DNA from: Vicugna vicugna | Taxonomy: Eukaryota | DNA: 64,000 nucleotides | NCBI GenBank assembly: GCA_013265495.1 | Contig: MU063101.1 | Location: forward strand, 544,276 to 608,275 | Direction of reading: 5' to 3' | Shown: positions 31,401-43,999 of the stretch, in pieces | How the letters are laid out: each line of letters opens with the position of its first letter | How positions within the stretch are numbered: position 1 is the first letter of the stretch | The notes under the pieces: model-generated | What the model was told of the DNA's origin: nothing | Seen by the model: the letters and a program-made list of their open reading frames with translations, nothing else | Databases searched by the model: none | Position numbers and translations under genes: made by a program

Positions 31401-32112
31401 GGCTGGCCAAAGGTTAATAATTAACTGGCCTGGGACTGGTGCTCTGGCTGTGCAGACTTCTCCGCGGACACCATGCAGTTGCTCGCCTAGCCCTCAATCC
31501 CTAGCCTGGGGGCCGGTACAGTCCTCACTCCAAAACACACGGACGGACGACCACCTCGCTTCCTGGAAGTTCACGCCCCCTGGCAGTTCACAGTTCAAAG
31601 GACCTCAGTAGCAGAGGAAACTGAGGCTCCGAGACATGGCTCACAGGCCCAAGGTCACTCAGCAGGCTGTGGCCGGCAGGGGGAGAGCGGGCCTTCAGCC
31701 AGCAACTTTCCCGGATCCAGGAACTTTCCTGTGGGCCCTCGGCCCCGGAGTCCGATTCTTCCAACCGCCCCCGGGACGCGAAGGCTCTGGGATCCTCCGC
31801 AGTTCTTGCTTCCGGGCGCCCTGATCAAGGGCGAGAGAGGGCTATTCCAGGACCTCGGACCCCAGCCCGGTCGCGCCCCCGCGGAGGATCCAGCGGCCCG
31901 TGGTTCCCAGGACCCGCAGGTCCGGCAGGAAATACCACTCGCTTAACTCCTTCCCTCCTGGAATTGCACTGGGAGCGGGCAGACTGGCCGCCTCCAAGCC
32001 GATACGCGGACCTGGGCCGCACTCCCAGGCGCGCGGACCCCACCCCGGCCGCCGCGAGTGTACCCCAGGCCACGCTGGCCAAGCTGACCGCACTCACCAG
32101 GTAGTTCATCAT
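10309..32112 (-). CDS. BCAR1: Breast cancer anti-estrogen resistance protein 1 (p130Cas), isoform starting (M)MNYL, about 867 aa
   Basis: Exons on -: 32098-32109/32112 (ATG ATG AAC TAC CTG|gtgagt); exon 2 about 22603 (start inferred inside gap) to 21992; 16544-16383; 16226-16110; 15291-14194; 13374-13285; 10821-10309. All visible junctions are GT..AG, phase 0. Contains the SH3 tail QGIVPGNRLK, 15 YxxP substrate motifs (counted), the serine-rich helical region, Src-binding RPLPSPP and YDYVHL, and the C-terminal FAT-like domain ending GQLAAA*. Confidence 0.96.
11050..13150. mobile_element. Cluster of old L1 (L1M-type) 3' fragments plus a MIR piece in BCAR1 intron 6
   Basis: Abrupt AT-rich block in a GC-rich gene; L1 3'-end-like text (cccacaataaaaatttt; aaacgcccaccaacatgggactggttaaataaatg). 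Subfamilies and boundaries are approximate. Confidence 0.6.
15421..15595. mobile_element. MIR SINE relic (one of many; similar pieces near 830-900, 2395-2500, 34695-34790, 40585-40765, 47445-47580, 59495-59600)
   Basis: aagagcccaactctggagccaga...ctgtgtgacct...ctcatctataagatgggg...attgtgaagatta, typical MIR core. Confidence 0.65.
15616..15672. repeat. Imperfect (CAC/CAT)n trinucleotide repeat
   Basis: ccatcatcaccactgcgaccaccaccaccaccatcgtcattgctgtcaccactactg. Confidence 0.7.
18560..18592. repeat. (CA)n microsatellite, about 16 units
   Basis: Perfect CA run in BCAR1 intron 2. Confidence 0.95.
22463..22618. other. Assembly gap (156 N) covering the 5' part of BCAR1 exon 2
   Basis: Run of N directly abutting the codon CAA (Q of QGIVPGNRL) on the - strand. 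Confidence 0.99.
23040..24230 (+). mobile_element. Degenerate L1 ORF2/3' fragment
   Basis: attaaagacctaaatgtaaaagataaaacttta at ~23545 resembles the L1 ORF2 KDLNV region; A-rich + strand. Confidence 0.7.
28353..28408. repeat. Compound (CA)n microsatellite with TA interruptions
   Basis: acacacacacacacacatacacatacacacacacacacacacacacacac. Confidence 0.95.
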
Positions 32113-32560
32113 GTCTGGCTGGCCTAGGGCTCCAGCTCCCCGCAGAAGCGCACAGCGAAATGCCTGCGCCGCGCGCTCTTCGGGCCCCGAAGCCGCCCCG
32201 GTCCCGGTCCGGGCCCAACCGCCTCAGCCACCACGCCTGCCACTGCCGCCGCCCAGAGCCGGTCCCACCTCGCCCCGCCCGCCACCGCCGCCGCGGCCCG
32301 GCGGGCCCAGCCCGGCTCCCAGCATGCCCGGCCACGCGCGCCCATTGGCCGCTTGGGCTCCCCATGCAAATGAGCCGCCGACCCCAGGGCCCGGGTGCGC
32401 AGGGGGCTGCGGGAGCGCGCGGGCACGCACCGCCCAGTGAGACCGCCCACACCCCACCCAAGCCCGACCGCCGCACTAGCGCTGGGCTTTGGCGCCTGCG
32501 GGATGTGCGAAATATCACCTTTTCTCCAAATGCACGTCCCAGCCCTCCACCATGAACGAG
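31800..32560 (-). promoter_or_regulatory. BCAR1: CpG island / proximal BCAR1 promoter (MNYL first exon)
   Basis: Very high GC and CpG density; GC-box CCCCGCCC near 32273-32280; CCAAT (ATTGG on +) at 32344-32348; octamer ATGCAAAT at 32364-32371. Confidence 0.85.
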
Positions 32561-35500
32561 AACGCGCCCCTCCTCAAAGGCCTAAGTAAACGGCTCCTTC
32601 TGGGAAAACTGCCGGGATTGCCCTCCTGCTCCTCTGTGGCCGCTGCAGCCTCCCAGGCACCAGTCTCAAGTCTGCCTTCCCCGCCCACCAGTCCGGGGCA
32701 TTCTGTGCACATCCATCTGGCCGACTGATTCCAACCTTCATCTAAAGGGGCATGCTCCAGCTGGCAGAATAATAATACGACCACAGCACCGACTCTGGTC
32801 AGGCCCACCGTGTAAGAGCTCCAGGAAATGAAGACACAGCAGGGAAGCTGGGGGCTGCAGCCATCTCTGTAATCCAGGAAGCAGAGGACTGGGGCTCATC
32901 ATGATCTATTAGACGCAGGCAGGAGGCTCTGGGGCACCCAGGGACAAGAGGCTTGCCATCTCCCATCATCTCCACTGAATTGAATCCAGCCTCCCTGAAG
33001 TTTCCTACCACGATCTCCATGTGGCTGTAGGAGCTCTGCCCTAACCCTGCTCCTTCACTTAGCCTGGTCCAGGCCCCACATCAGTGCCCCAACAACTCCT
33101 CTGTTTCAGCCACAAAGGGGTGGGAAGGATGTTGCCAGGAACCAAAGTGAAGGAAGCAGCACCATGGGGAAACTGAATGGAGGGCGCCTTGGTTCTCCTG
33201 AGTTCCCCCTCCCTAGGCTGCAGGTTGGTGACTATCACCCCATGTAGCAGAACCAGCTCAGCAAGAGTCCTTGAGCGAGGTCCAAAGTTGCATAGGGGTC
33301 TGCAGGGAGATCTAGGATGGAACCAACTCCAGAACTGGACAGTTCCATGCCTTTTCTCTTGGATCGTCAGACAGGTGACATCTTGGGCCACTTCCTGAGT
33401 GTATGGACACCACCAGGCAGCTTGCAATGCCAGGGAAGCAGTGGGGCACACCCTGCAGAGAACCCTCAGGCATGGCCTATAAAATACATACAAGCCCAAG
33501 GTGGCCCCACAGCTGCCCCTACACCTGACATCCAAGCTTGGGCAACTCAGCCCCTTACCAGGTGTTCCACCTTGGGCAGGCCCTCTCCCATATGTAAAAT
33601 GAAGCCTGATCTGTCTGGTCACAGGTCCCCTGCAGAGCTTGTTAAAAAACAGATTCCTAGGTCCCCTTCCCCCAGAAAAACTGGATGTGAGGGGACCTGG
33701 ACACCTGCAATACCCCAAAGCATCTCAGGGAACCACTGGACAGAAGTCAGAGGATAGGGTGTGGGTAAGGAGCAATAGGATTTGGACACAGTGGGACCCA
33801 GACCTCAAAAATGAACAGAACAACTAGCTGCTACCCTCTGCCCTCCTCAAGACGGGACCCTCCCCCACCCCTGTCACCTTCAAAACAGCCCACATCCCCA
33901 TAGAAGAGGAGCCAGCTCTCAGGGGAACACAACCCAGAGCATCCCCTCCTGCTTGTTCCCAAAGCTGTGCCCCAAAGTCAGAAAGGAAACTGGGCCTGGC
34001 CCTCCTAAACTCTGATCCTGTCCACAGCCTGGCTGTTACCCCAGGTTCCCAGGAAGCAGATCAGAACCAGCTGGGCCATGCATGAGCATCTGTCTGTGCT
34101 GGGAGCTGGAGGAGTCCTTAGGTTTTCCACAGTTCTCCACTCTAGTGGGGAGAGGGGTCAGGACCAGGCTTCACAGCCAGACAGCAGGAGATCTATGCAG
34201 GGATGGGCAGGGACACAAAAGGCCTGGCCCTTCAAGGGCTGGCCTTAGTCCTAGCTGTACTTGGGAGAGAGGAGGCAGCCGCCTGGGACCTAGGAAGACC
34301 CTCCTGCTCTGGGACTGGATTAAAGCAGTGCTGGGGGCGGGGCAGCTCAAGTGGGCAGGCAGTAGGGGGAGGAGAACCCAGCTCAGGCACAGGCATTTCA
34401 AAAATTTGCTCCTTTCCACTTAAACTCCCCACCCCCCCAAGACGTGCCTCCCAGAATGGCATTTCCGCTTTGGAATCAAGGCCCCAGGATCTGTGCCCCA
34501 CTGTGCTGGAAAGAAGGTATTGGAGGGGGAAAGGAATGCCTCCTCCCAGGCCAGCCAGTGGGTGGGTGGGGGAGGGGCACCCACTGGGCAAGCTCTGGCT
34601 GGGGTATATAGGGGGGCGGGCCCTCCCAGGCCAACTGCCAAGTGACACAGTCCCCGGGACAGTGTCCATGCCACCCCTTGGACAACGTCTCCATGACCAC
34701 ATGCTCACTCATGCCCACTGTGATCCTGCGAAACAGGCTTCACGATTAGCCCTATTTTTCAGATGAAGAGGCTGAGACCCAGTTTATCACCCCTTGCCCC
34801 ATCCCACTGACTTTGGCCACAGAAGGGACAGAGCTGATGGTCACAGAAAGGACGATGGGGCTGCTAGACTGCAGTCCACCCTGACTCCCCTGCAGCACCT
34901 TCAGGACAGGGCTGAGAGGGAATCAAGGGTCAGGGACGCTCAGGAAACCCAAGGACCCTACCACACTCAGAGACTCCAAAGGACAGGCATTCGAGGCCCA
35001 AGCAACCCCCCCCCCAAAACATAACAGAGTTGAAAACTAAGGTACAGCCGCACATAGTGCAAGGGACTGTGAGGCAGGAAGGAGAGGCCTGGAGAAGGCG
35101 TTGCTGGACGGAGTCTCCCAGACCAATGTTGGTCATCCCAGGAATGGCCAGGCACCTCCTGGTCAGGCTGAGGATGAACTCACAGGCTGAGAGGGGATGT
35201 CACCAACCCCTCCCCTCAGGGCCTGGAGGGAGTAGCTGTCTGTACAGGGATGATGGTGGGCCCTGCACATGGGGACATTGGTCCTCATCTGCCCACTGAC
35301 GTGTCCACTGAGGTGAGGGCTGCTACTGATTCCAGGCCCTAAGTTAGGAGAAGCCTGGGACCCGGCTCCTGCTCTCTGGGCTTTTTGGGTCTTATTCTTT
35401 AGGTCAGACCCACTGTACAAAGAACTATTCTTGCTTTAGCCCCAACAATGTCTGTGGCAGCATTTATAACAGCAAACAAAGAGAGGGCATTACCTAAATG

Positions 35501-38500
35501 CCCAACTATAGGGGATTGGTCAGGCAACCAGAGACTCTCAATAGAATACTGTGCAGCTATTAAGATGGCCACTTTCAAAGACCAAAAGCACACAAGAAAA
35601 TGCTGGTGACCACTGAAAGGAGTGGGCTAAAATGGCTTGCACAGTGTGACTCAGGCAGCCCCCTTCCCCTTCTAAAGCCCTGGTTTACCCAGCAGCACAG
35701 AGGGTGGCTGGATGGGTCAGCTGATGGCCGGCTCTGGGAGCAGCAGCAGGAAAGGATTTCCTGAGGCCGGAGGTGAGTGCTGCCAGCCCCAGGGACAGGA
35801 AGAAATGATGTATCTGGAGGGCTATGGGTGTTGTCGCCTTGCCCCTCGGCTGGCCACTCACACTGGCAAGCTCAAAGGCAGCCTACAAGCTGGCGCCAGC
35901 CCTGCCTGGGCAAAGGTGGAGGGACTCCTGTGGATGGCCTGGAGAAGAAGTGAGCCTGGCTGCATCAAGAATCACTGTCACATAGGCACACCCCACATAT
36001 ATGGTGTCAGTGAGTCCTCACTGCTGCCCTGGGGCCAGGACAGAACTACCACCACCCAGAGGCTCAGAAAGGGGCAGAGCCTTGCCAAGGTCACACCTCC
36101 AGGAAGTGACAGCTACAACGGTAACCTGGCTACCCAGGCGTGTTCCCGCTGAAAAGCACCCCAGTTGATCCCAGACAGAGCAGAGCCTGCACTCTTAGGG
36201 CGGGTGTTGGAGTGATAAAGAGTTTTCCCACCCTCCTCCGCTCTCTGAGGGTGGAGTAACCATCCAGGCAGTCCATCTGTCATTACGGTGGTGACTATGA
36301 CTGTAGGGAGGTGGGCTTTGGCCCCTAGCCTGAGATTCCCTTTAGCATCACCCCAGGCAAGCCTCCAGAGACCTGGATGCAGGGACAGGACCAGGACCAA
36401 AGGTACAGGGGCAGCGCCAAGTAACGGGGGAGGGAGGCAGACAGGCCTGGATCCCACCAATCCCTGTGTCCCCACCTTCCCGCAGCTCCCTCCCCTCCCC
36501 CTCTGGCTCTTCCAAGGGCAGTAACTGGAAGGAGCAGCACACTCTCCTAATTCTTTTAACTGCTTTTCTAATTTGAAAATTAAAGAGCAGCAGAGGCACC
36601 TGCGGGTAGGTGCCTGCTTCAGAGAGGGTCTCTGCTGACAAGGCTGAAGAAGGGTGCGCAGGGCTGGGCCCTGGAACACATCCCAGGGGCTCTTTGCCTC
36701 AGCCCAGGGTTGACCTCCATGGCCTGAGTACCCCCTTCTCTTCTGCACTTCCCTCTTCCACCTCCCTGTGTGCCTATGAGAACCACCACACTCCTGGCAG
36801 GTAGGTGGGGACTTGGACCTACAACGAGGCCCCCTCCACGTGTGTGTATGTCTGTGTGTGTGTGTCTGGCACTGGGACACCACACCCTGTGTCCTCACCC
36901 CACAGCAGCCCCTCAACACTGCCTGAGGGAAGAAACGGGGGTGGGGAAAGGAAGGGCATGGGGACAAGACCCTGTCCTCAGAGAGAAAGCTTAGCTGCTG
37001 GCGGCCCAGCTCTGGCTGACAGCCTGGGCAGGCAGGGACAAGGGTGTGGTCAAGAAGCAGCCCCAGCCCACCATCTGCTCCCGCCTCTCCCCATGGCAAC
37101 CAGCCCCAGCATATGAGGACAACTTCACGTGCCAATTGCTGCCCCCCAGCCTGCTTCCACAGGAGCACAGGTGCTCACACTCAGAGACCTCCAAAGGGGC
37201 AGCACAGTGTTGCCCAAACACTCAGCTGGGGTCAGGGAACCAGTGGGGTCACAGGAGGGGACACTGCGGGCTCTGGGGACAGTGGGATGGGGGGCAGTAC
37301 AGGAAGGAGTGGATATAGAGAAAGCACAGCCACAGCCACCACCAAGAAAGGGCTGCTTTTTCTCCCTCCTCGGATTGCACTGTGGGCATCCCATCTAAGC
37401 CCGCTCCAACCTACAGAGAAAGTCTCCATGTGCCCCAGGAGACCCAGGCCCAAGTCCTTGCCCAGGTTTAGCCTACAAGGACAGGAGGAGGGACCATTAA
37501 TGATTCCACCTGGCATAGGACCCTCAGTGGTCACTGCATCTTTCAGAGCCTTGGTTAGTCATCTGTTCAATGTAACCGCTGCCAGGAGCCCTGCCCATCA
37601 CCAGGCCAGGAGGATGCAGGCACCGGCAGGCTGCAGAGCACAGGGCACCCCATGTCAGCAGCACACTCACACCCCGCCCCACCAGGGCCAGCGCCTCTGC
37701 ACAAGTGCACTTCAGTGTGCTCTCCCAGCCCCTGTTCAAGTGCCCTGAGCTTCCCCAGCCCCTGAACAGCAAGAGAAACAAAACCTGAACCTCGACTGAG
37801 ACTCTGCGGCAAAAATCTTTCTGTGAAGCCCCGTTGCCTCTAAATCGACAGCCAACACTGGGGCTGGGAGGCGGACAGGGTCTCCCCTTGGAGTGGGGAG
37901 TGGCTGGTGATGGGGTCCTGTCACTACACATGTTACAGCACCCACTCCCTGCTAGGGTACTGCTGCCGGGAAGACATGTCCATGTCCTCAGGGAACTTAT
38001 GCTCCAGGGTGTGCAGCAGGGGGTGGCGGGGGGGACACAAACAGACAAACAGGTGAACATCTGTGGTGATAAGAGCTCTGAGGGAGAACGAAGCAGACAG
38101 CAGAGTGGTGGCAGGGGCTACTTTATACAAGGTGCGTGGGAGCTCCTCTCTGAGGAGGTGGCATTTGAGCTGATGTGTGAATCTTTTCCTAAGGCTCTTT
38201 ATGCAGAAAAAATAACAGTAAAGATTTTTAGAAATCGCACAGACATGCCAACTCCCTTGGTGTGAAGAGTGGAGCAAGGAGGTGTTAGGGATGCAGGGAG
38301 TGGCACTCAAGCAACTCCTCCCCCGCCTCAGCTTCTTGAGTGGTGGGGTGTTCTTGGGGCTGGGGGCTCCCAGAGTTGAAGTGGGAGCAGCCAGGAGTTT
38401 CTGCTCGGTGGGGTGTCCTGGTGGGCAGCCAGGGGCAAAGAAGGGAGCCCAGGAATCTGTCCAGACCAGGGAGGGTAGAGAGATAGGGTCAGCTCCCAAG

Positions 38501-38779
38501 AAAGGCTCCATCCTCTCCTACCTCTCCTAGAAGCCTCTCCCCACCAGCTCCTCTGGATGGGACAAGGGCCTGGGAGAAACATAGCTGACCCAAAACTTAA
38601 GATGCTTCACCTCATGAGCAACCTGGGAAGAGGGAATTCTGACCCTGGATATCTGGGGAGGGCTGTGAACAAATAGGCGGGTGGTCACATCACTCTGATT
38701 AATCACGTAAGTCTGGGGAACCCAGGATTTGGGGGCCCAGACAGCTCTCTGGGCACGCATCAAGGCCCACCAGATTGGA

Positions 38780-39300
38780 CATCAAGTTGTATAAATTACT
38801 GAAATAGGGTATTACACCACCACCAACGCCAGTGTTCCAGCATTAAAAATACACAGCACACAAAGACTAGAGACACATACCCATCAGCAAGAGAATGGGT
38901 AAGTACATAAATTCATAGTCAAAAGTGAAACACTACTCAGCACAGCAATGAAAAAAGAACTATTGATACTCACCACATAGATGAAAATCTCAAAACCATT
39001 ATGCTGAATGAAAGAAGCCAGGCCCCAAAGAGTATATACTATTTACTTACTTACATTAAGTTTAAAAACAGGCAAAACTAAGCCATGATGAGAGAAATCA
39101 GAATGTTGGCCACCTTTCATGGGATGGGGCACACTTGACTATAAAGGGAGCACTTGCAAAATTCCTAAGGTGATAAAGAGGTTCATTATCTTGATATGAT
39201 TGATGGTTACATGGGGTCTACATTAGTCAAAACTCATCCAACTGTATACCTAACATCTGTCCATTTCACTGCATATCAAATCTACCTCAATAAAAGGGTC
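38780..39300 (+). mobile_element. L1M 3' end
   Basis: atgctgaatgaaagaagccag ... ctcatccaactgtatacc ... tatcaaatctacctcaataaaa, typical of L1MC/ME 3' UTR. Confidence 0.75.
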
Positions 39301-39331
39301 AACTAGTAAATATAAAACAAAGCACAGAGCT

Positions 39332-39478
39332 GGGGGGGAGGTATTTAACAGCTCAGTGGTAAAGTGCAAGCTTAGCATGAACGAGGTCCTGGGTTCAATC
39401 CCTAGTACCTCCATTAAAAAAACAAAACAAACAAAAACCCCAACAACAACAACAAAGGAAAAAACATATAGCATTAGG
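39332..39478 (+). mobile_element. tRNA-derived SINE (camelid Vic-1-like)
   Basis: GGGGGGGAGG head, A-box AGCTCAGTGGTAAAG, B-box GGTTCAATCC, A-rich (AAAC/AAC) tail. Family name is from memory. Confidence 0.8.
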
Positions 39479-42400
39479 AATATCAAAAATAGGTATTGGA
39501 ATCCTAAACCCACTGTGTTGTTACTCTTTTTGCCCTGGCTGTCAGGGAGCTTAAAGGTAAATTTGTATGCCTACCTTCCCCATACATTACATCTTTTGAT
39601 CATCCCAGACTCTTTGTGTCTCTCACTATAATCTGCTTCAAATCCTTATTGAAACTTGGCAGGACTTAAATAATAAATTTAAAGTACTGAAAAGCCCTTT
39701 GGCCTCTAATTCCCCTTAGAAAAGGAATTAACTTTAGAGCTGCAACTTGTGACCACCTCTCCTGCAAGAGCGGGCATTCATCGCCACCTCCACCGAGGTC
39801 CCCAACCTGTCTCCAGCTCTTTTTCTTGCAGAGATGGAGACAATGGCCCAGCAAACTAAGAGTAAGCCAGAGAAACAATAGGGTTTGACTAGAATGTAAA
39901 CAAAGCAAGCAGCTGTGATGAAACCAAGTCAGAGGCTGGGGAGGTGAAGATGAGCACAGAGAGGGACAGACAGGAGGCCAGGTGCAGCCAACCACAGGGA
40001 GCACAGCCTCATGCCAGGCCATGGGACGTGGGGGTCAGGAGGTGCCACCCTCACAGCCTTGTGGCCTACCTGCCTCACCCACAGGCTTGAGCCCCCTTCC
40101 ATAAGGTGCCAGGACCCACCTCAGTGGTGCTCTCCTTCCCTCCCAGGGCCCTGCCCATCCCTTGCTGACCAGGCTGCTGCTGACCACATCTGAAGTCAGG
40201 CTTGCACCCACTGCCCCAATAGCTTCCACTGCCTGTGACTGTGCACCCACTCCTGGGGGCACTCAGGGCAGGGCATCCAGCTGGCCCCATTGGAGGCCAC
40301 TCTGTCTGTGGGGTGAGGACAAGTACTTGTCCATTCAAGGCTCAAGAGGCAGGGGTCCTGCAGGCAGGCAGAGGAGGGGCTAGGGTCATCCCTCCACTAA
40401 GGCCCTGGCAGGAACTGACCATAAAAAAAGGGTGACTGGAGGCAGACTGGGCAGGTCATGGAGAATTGTGGGGGCAGGGGTCTGATCACCTCTCCCCAAG
40501 CTAGGGGTGCAGGAGCCAGGAGTGGGTCTTGGCCACTGCACCAGCCAACAGTGGCAGGATAAAGATAGTAACTTCAACAACAATAGTTACTATGACTTAT
40601 TAGCCTCTTACTAAGAGCTTCCCGTAAACCTCACCAAGTTCTCATAAGACCCCAAGAGCTCAGTGCGGTTAACATCCGCATAATACAGATGAGGACACAG
40701 GCTCACAGAGGTTCAGTAACTTACTCAAGGAACAGACAAGCAGCACCTTTCAGTCTGGAGCCTTTGCCCTCGACCCACCAAACACTTTCCCCACCCAGAA
40801 GCAGCCTCTTTGGGAACCCACTCAGCCCCTAACAAGGCTTCCAGGACAGCGGCTGAGACACAGGCTCTCTGCACAGGGACACCTTATCTGGGGGTGCTTC
40901 TTAGTGCTCCCAAGGCCACTTCCTCAGCAGGTGACCAGGGTAGGCTGGGGCAGTGCAGTGGAGAGAGAGGAGCCAAGTGGGCCTGGGTCCTGCCCTGAGG
41001 AGCCTGACAGCAACCAGATAAACCCAACAATAATCACAGAGTGGGGGTTCTGGAGGACTCCTGGCACCATGCCCTCTGCCTGAGCGCTGGAGAGGGAGCA
41101 GGAGTGATGGGGTGGACAAGGCAGCGGTTGGACAACACTTCCTGTAGAGGGAGGGCCAGGCAGAGCCAAGGTCAGTGGGAGGGGCATTCCGGGTGCTTTG
41201 GAGACTGAACTGAGGACTTTGGACTTGGATACCGCCTCTCCCCACTGCCCTCTTTTGAGCCAGTTCTACTAGGCCCCAGGTGTCCCTGGCTTGACTGGCC
41301 AGGCCAGTGGTGAGCCCAGGGCAGAGCCTCCCAGCTCCCTGACCAGCTCTCCTGTCACAGCCTGTCTGGCACAGAGCCAGGCACAAAGGGTGACCCAGGA
41401 CCACTGGCAGAGGTTCAACCAGGGGCCACTCCTGGTCTACTGATCACCATCGGCCACTGCTGGGGCTGCAAAGCCCTGGGCAAGCTGTCTGACAGCCCAG
41501 AATCCCAGCTGCCTCATCTCCCAGGGTGCCGAAGGGGTTACACAAACTCATGCTCGGAAAGCCACAAGCAGAGGGTCGGTCTCTCAGTAGCCTTGGCCTC
41601 TGTGGATGGCTCAACAGGCCACAGCCCCCACAATTACAGAGGCCATGCTCACTTTTTGGCTTTAGATCCTGCCAGACTTGGTTCCCACCCTGACTCCGTC
41701 TCTCAGTGGCCGTGTGGCCCTGCCAAGACTGTAAGTCCTTCCTGAGCTCGTGAAGCCCTGAGCCCAGTGCCTGGTACACAGGACAAACTCAACACACGTC
41801 AGCACCTCACTCCTTAAAAGGACCCATTCCTCATAATGGAGCACAGGAGGAGCGGGAATGGCTGTGCCCATTTCACAGGTAGGAAACAAGAGGCAGGGAC
41901 AGCAGGGAACTTCTCTACAGGCTGGAGGCTGGCTTCTCGCCTGACACTGCCAGGGGACAATGTCACTCCTAAACACAGAACATGCCAATGCCCACCAGGG
42001 TCTGAGGTGGGTGGTAGAGCTGTTCTCCCTTCGTTTCAAATGCTTCCTGCCTGCCCAGAGGGAAGAGACAGGTCCAGGTGCCAGATGGCCATGCCCAAGA
42101 GGAAGGCAGATGTCAGAAAACAGCCAGGAAGTGCATCTGCAGGTGCTGCGTGAACACTACTGTCAGCTCAGGGCAAAGGGAGGAGCACTGAGTGGGGAGT
42201 CAAGAGAACCCTTCCTTCTCTGGGCTCCAGACCCCAGATGGGTCAAATGACAGAATGCGACCAGCTGATCCCTGCAGGGTTCCCTAGCTCTAACACTCAG
42301 GAGTTCACTCCTGGCCCAACCTGGCCAGTCTCAGCCTCTTCTTCCCCTCTCCACCCCATTGCCTCCCATCCCATTCTGAAGCATCCTGTAATTTCTGTGG

Positions 42401-43105
42401 GCCAAAGTGCCTGCGTCAGCTCCATCCAGGAAAAGACTGTCCAAATGAACGGGTGTGCTTAAAACCCAAAAGTGTCCGTAAGCACCACATGGGCAGTCAC
42501 CATTCTGGGTTCCCAGAGCACGGCTTGAGTGGGAGGCTGGCCTGGAAGCCTCTGAGGGCCTCACCACTCGCCAGCACATGAAAGCAATTTACTGAACATT
42601 TCACGGCTACTCCAAAAATGAACTTCTCTTCCTGGTGCCACCAGCTCCCTCATCACCCAAGGTCCCAGGAGAAAGCCAGGGTGATCTGACAGTGAGACCC
42701 CCAACTGCCGCCTGCAGAATCCCGGAGGGTTGTGATTGCAGGCGGGAGGGTAGAAAGCGACTTAGAGTTGGCAATGGTGTGGCTAGACCAAGCAGACCTT
42801 GTCTGCAGGTCTCCACAGCAGCCCCTGTCTGTCCAAGTCACATGCAGACCCTCCGCCTCCTACCATCTCTTTCTAGTACAGACAGGGCCACTGAGGCCCA
42901 GAGCCCAGGAAGGCTGCCCAAAGTGCTGTAAGGCAGGAGGTCTGGGTACTATTCCAGGCTCGGTATCCAGACCTCAGCTGTGACTGAGGACAGCTACACT
43001 AAACCAAGTGCAGACTACCCAAACTGAGGCTGTCCAGGCTCTGATGTGGCCTGAGTCACATTCCCTGTTCACTACTGTCCTGGAGACCCAGGTCCTCAAG
43101 GAAGC

Positions 43106-43231
43106 TCAGATGGTCTCCCTCTTCCTTCCGGCCAGTGCCCACAGTATCAGGGCAGATCCCTTGATGCCCTGAGGCAGAAAAGATGCAGCGCTTTGCAGGA
43201 AAGCAGAGTAGGAGAAGGGCTTAGCAGGCAT
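43106..43231 (-). other. BCAR1: Remnant of the BCAR1 MPAKPF alternative first exon (closed 41-aa ORF)
   Basis: ATG CCT GCT AAG CCC TTC (MPAKPF) at 43231-43214 matches, from my memory, the N-terminus of a long human BCAR1 isoform, but here the frame stops at TGA 43108-43106. Confidence 0.5.
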
Positions 43232-43234
43232 TTT

Positions 43235-43266
43235 CTGTCTGTCTGTCTGTCTTTCTTTCTTTCTTT
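43235..43266. repeat. (CTGT)n(CTTT)n tetranucleotide repeat
   Basis: ctgtctgtctgtctgtctttctttctttcttt, immediately 5' (on -) of the MPAKPF ATG. Confidence 0.85.
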
Positions 43267-43999
43267 CGATGAGGCAATTATGCTCTGAACGAGAGCAGAT
43301 GGGGGTTGGGGGGTTCACATCAGCACGGTCTGGAAGCCCTAATTTTTTCATCTGTAATTCTGCATTACCGCTTCTGGAGGCGGGCAGGAGCTGGGATCTT
43401 TAATTCCATAATAACAATGCTTTGCACTTACACAGCATCTACCCTCCAGTAATCTCCACACACTCTATGGTGGTTAATTAAAAGGCCACTTGCCCTGCCA
43501 GGAATCCCAAACTATCTGCTTCACCGTAAGGATGGGGTCTGCCAGGTGAGTAGCAGTCCCAGAAACAGGCCAGATGGACAGGCCCTCCGGGCCACTGCCC
43601 CTTCCTGTCAGAGGGAAAGCCCGTAACTCAGCAGAGAAACAATGGCTGGAGGCCACAGCTTTCCAGCAGAAGGCGCCCCCTCCACGAAGGAAGCAGGGTG
43701 TCAGCCCCCACCTCAGTCTGTGCATCTGTAAAGCGGGCAGGGGGCCTGCACCTGAGGCCCGGTGACCAGGGATGGCCAGGATCACTTGCCACCCTCAGGA
43801 GGCAGCGCTCAGTGTGGAGCCTTGAGGGGTGCCCGCCTGCCGGGCAAGGAGGAGGGGGTGTCAGGTGAGAAGAGAAGCCCCCATGGCTAGGAGGGAAGAA
43901 AAGACAGGGCCCTGTACCCTGGTTGCGGAAGGGCTGGGTGAAGGTTCAGCGGCAGAGGCAAACTTCCCGAGAAAGTGAGTGCATCCGCCGGTTCTGGGA

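Noticed and set aside
36113-37168. 351-aa minus-strand ORF (and the overlapping 234-aa ORF at 37044-37748)
   Set aside because: Intronic and GC-rich with low stop-codon frequency; no recognisable domain, partly microsatellite-derived, no splice or Kozak support.
39332-39420. Possible tRNA gene (A and B boxes)
   Set aside because: No acceptor stem or cloverleaf; it has an A-rich tail and sibling copies, so it is a SINE.
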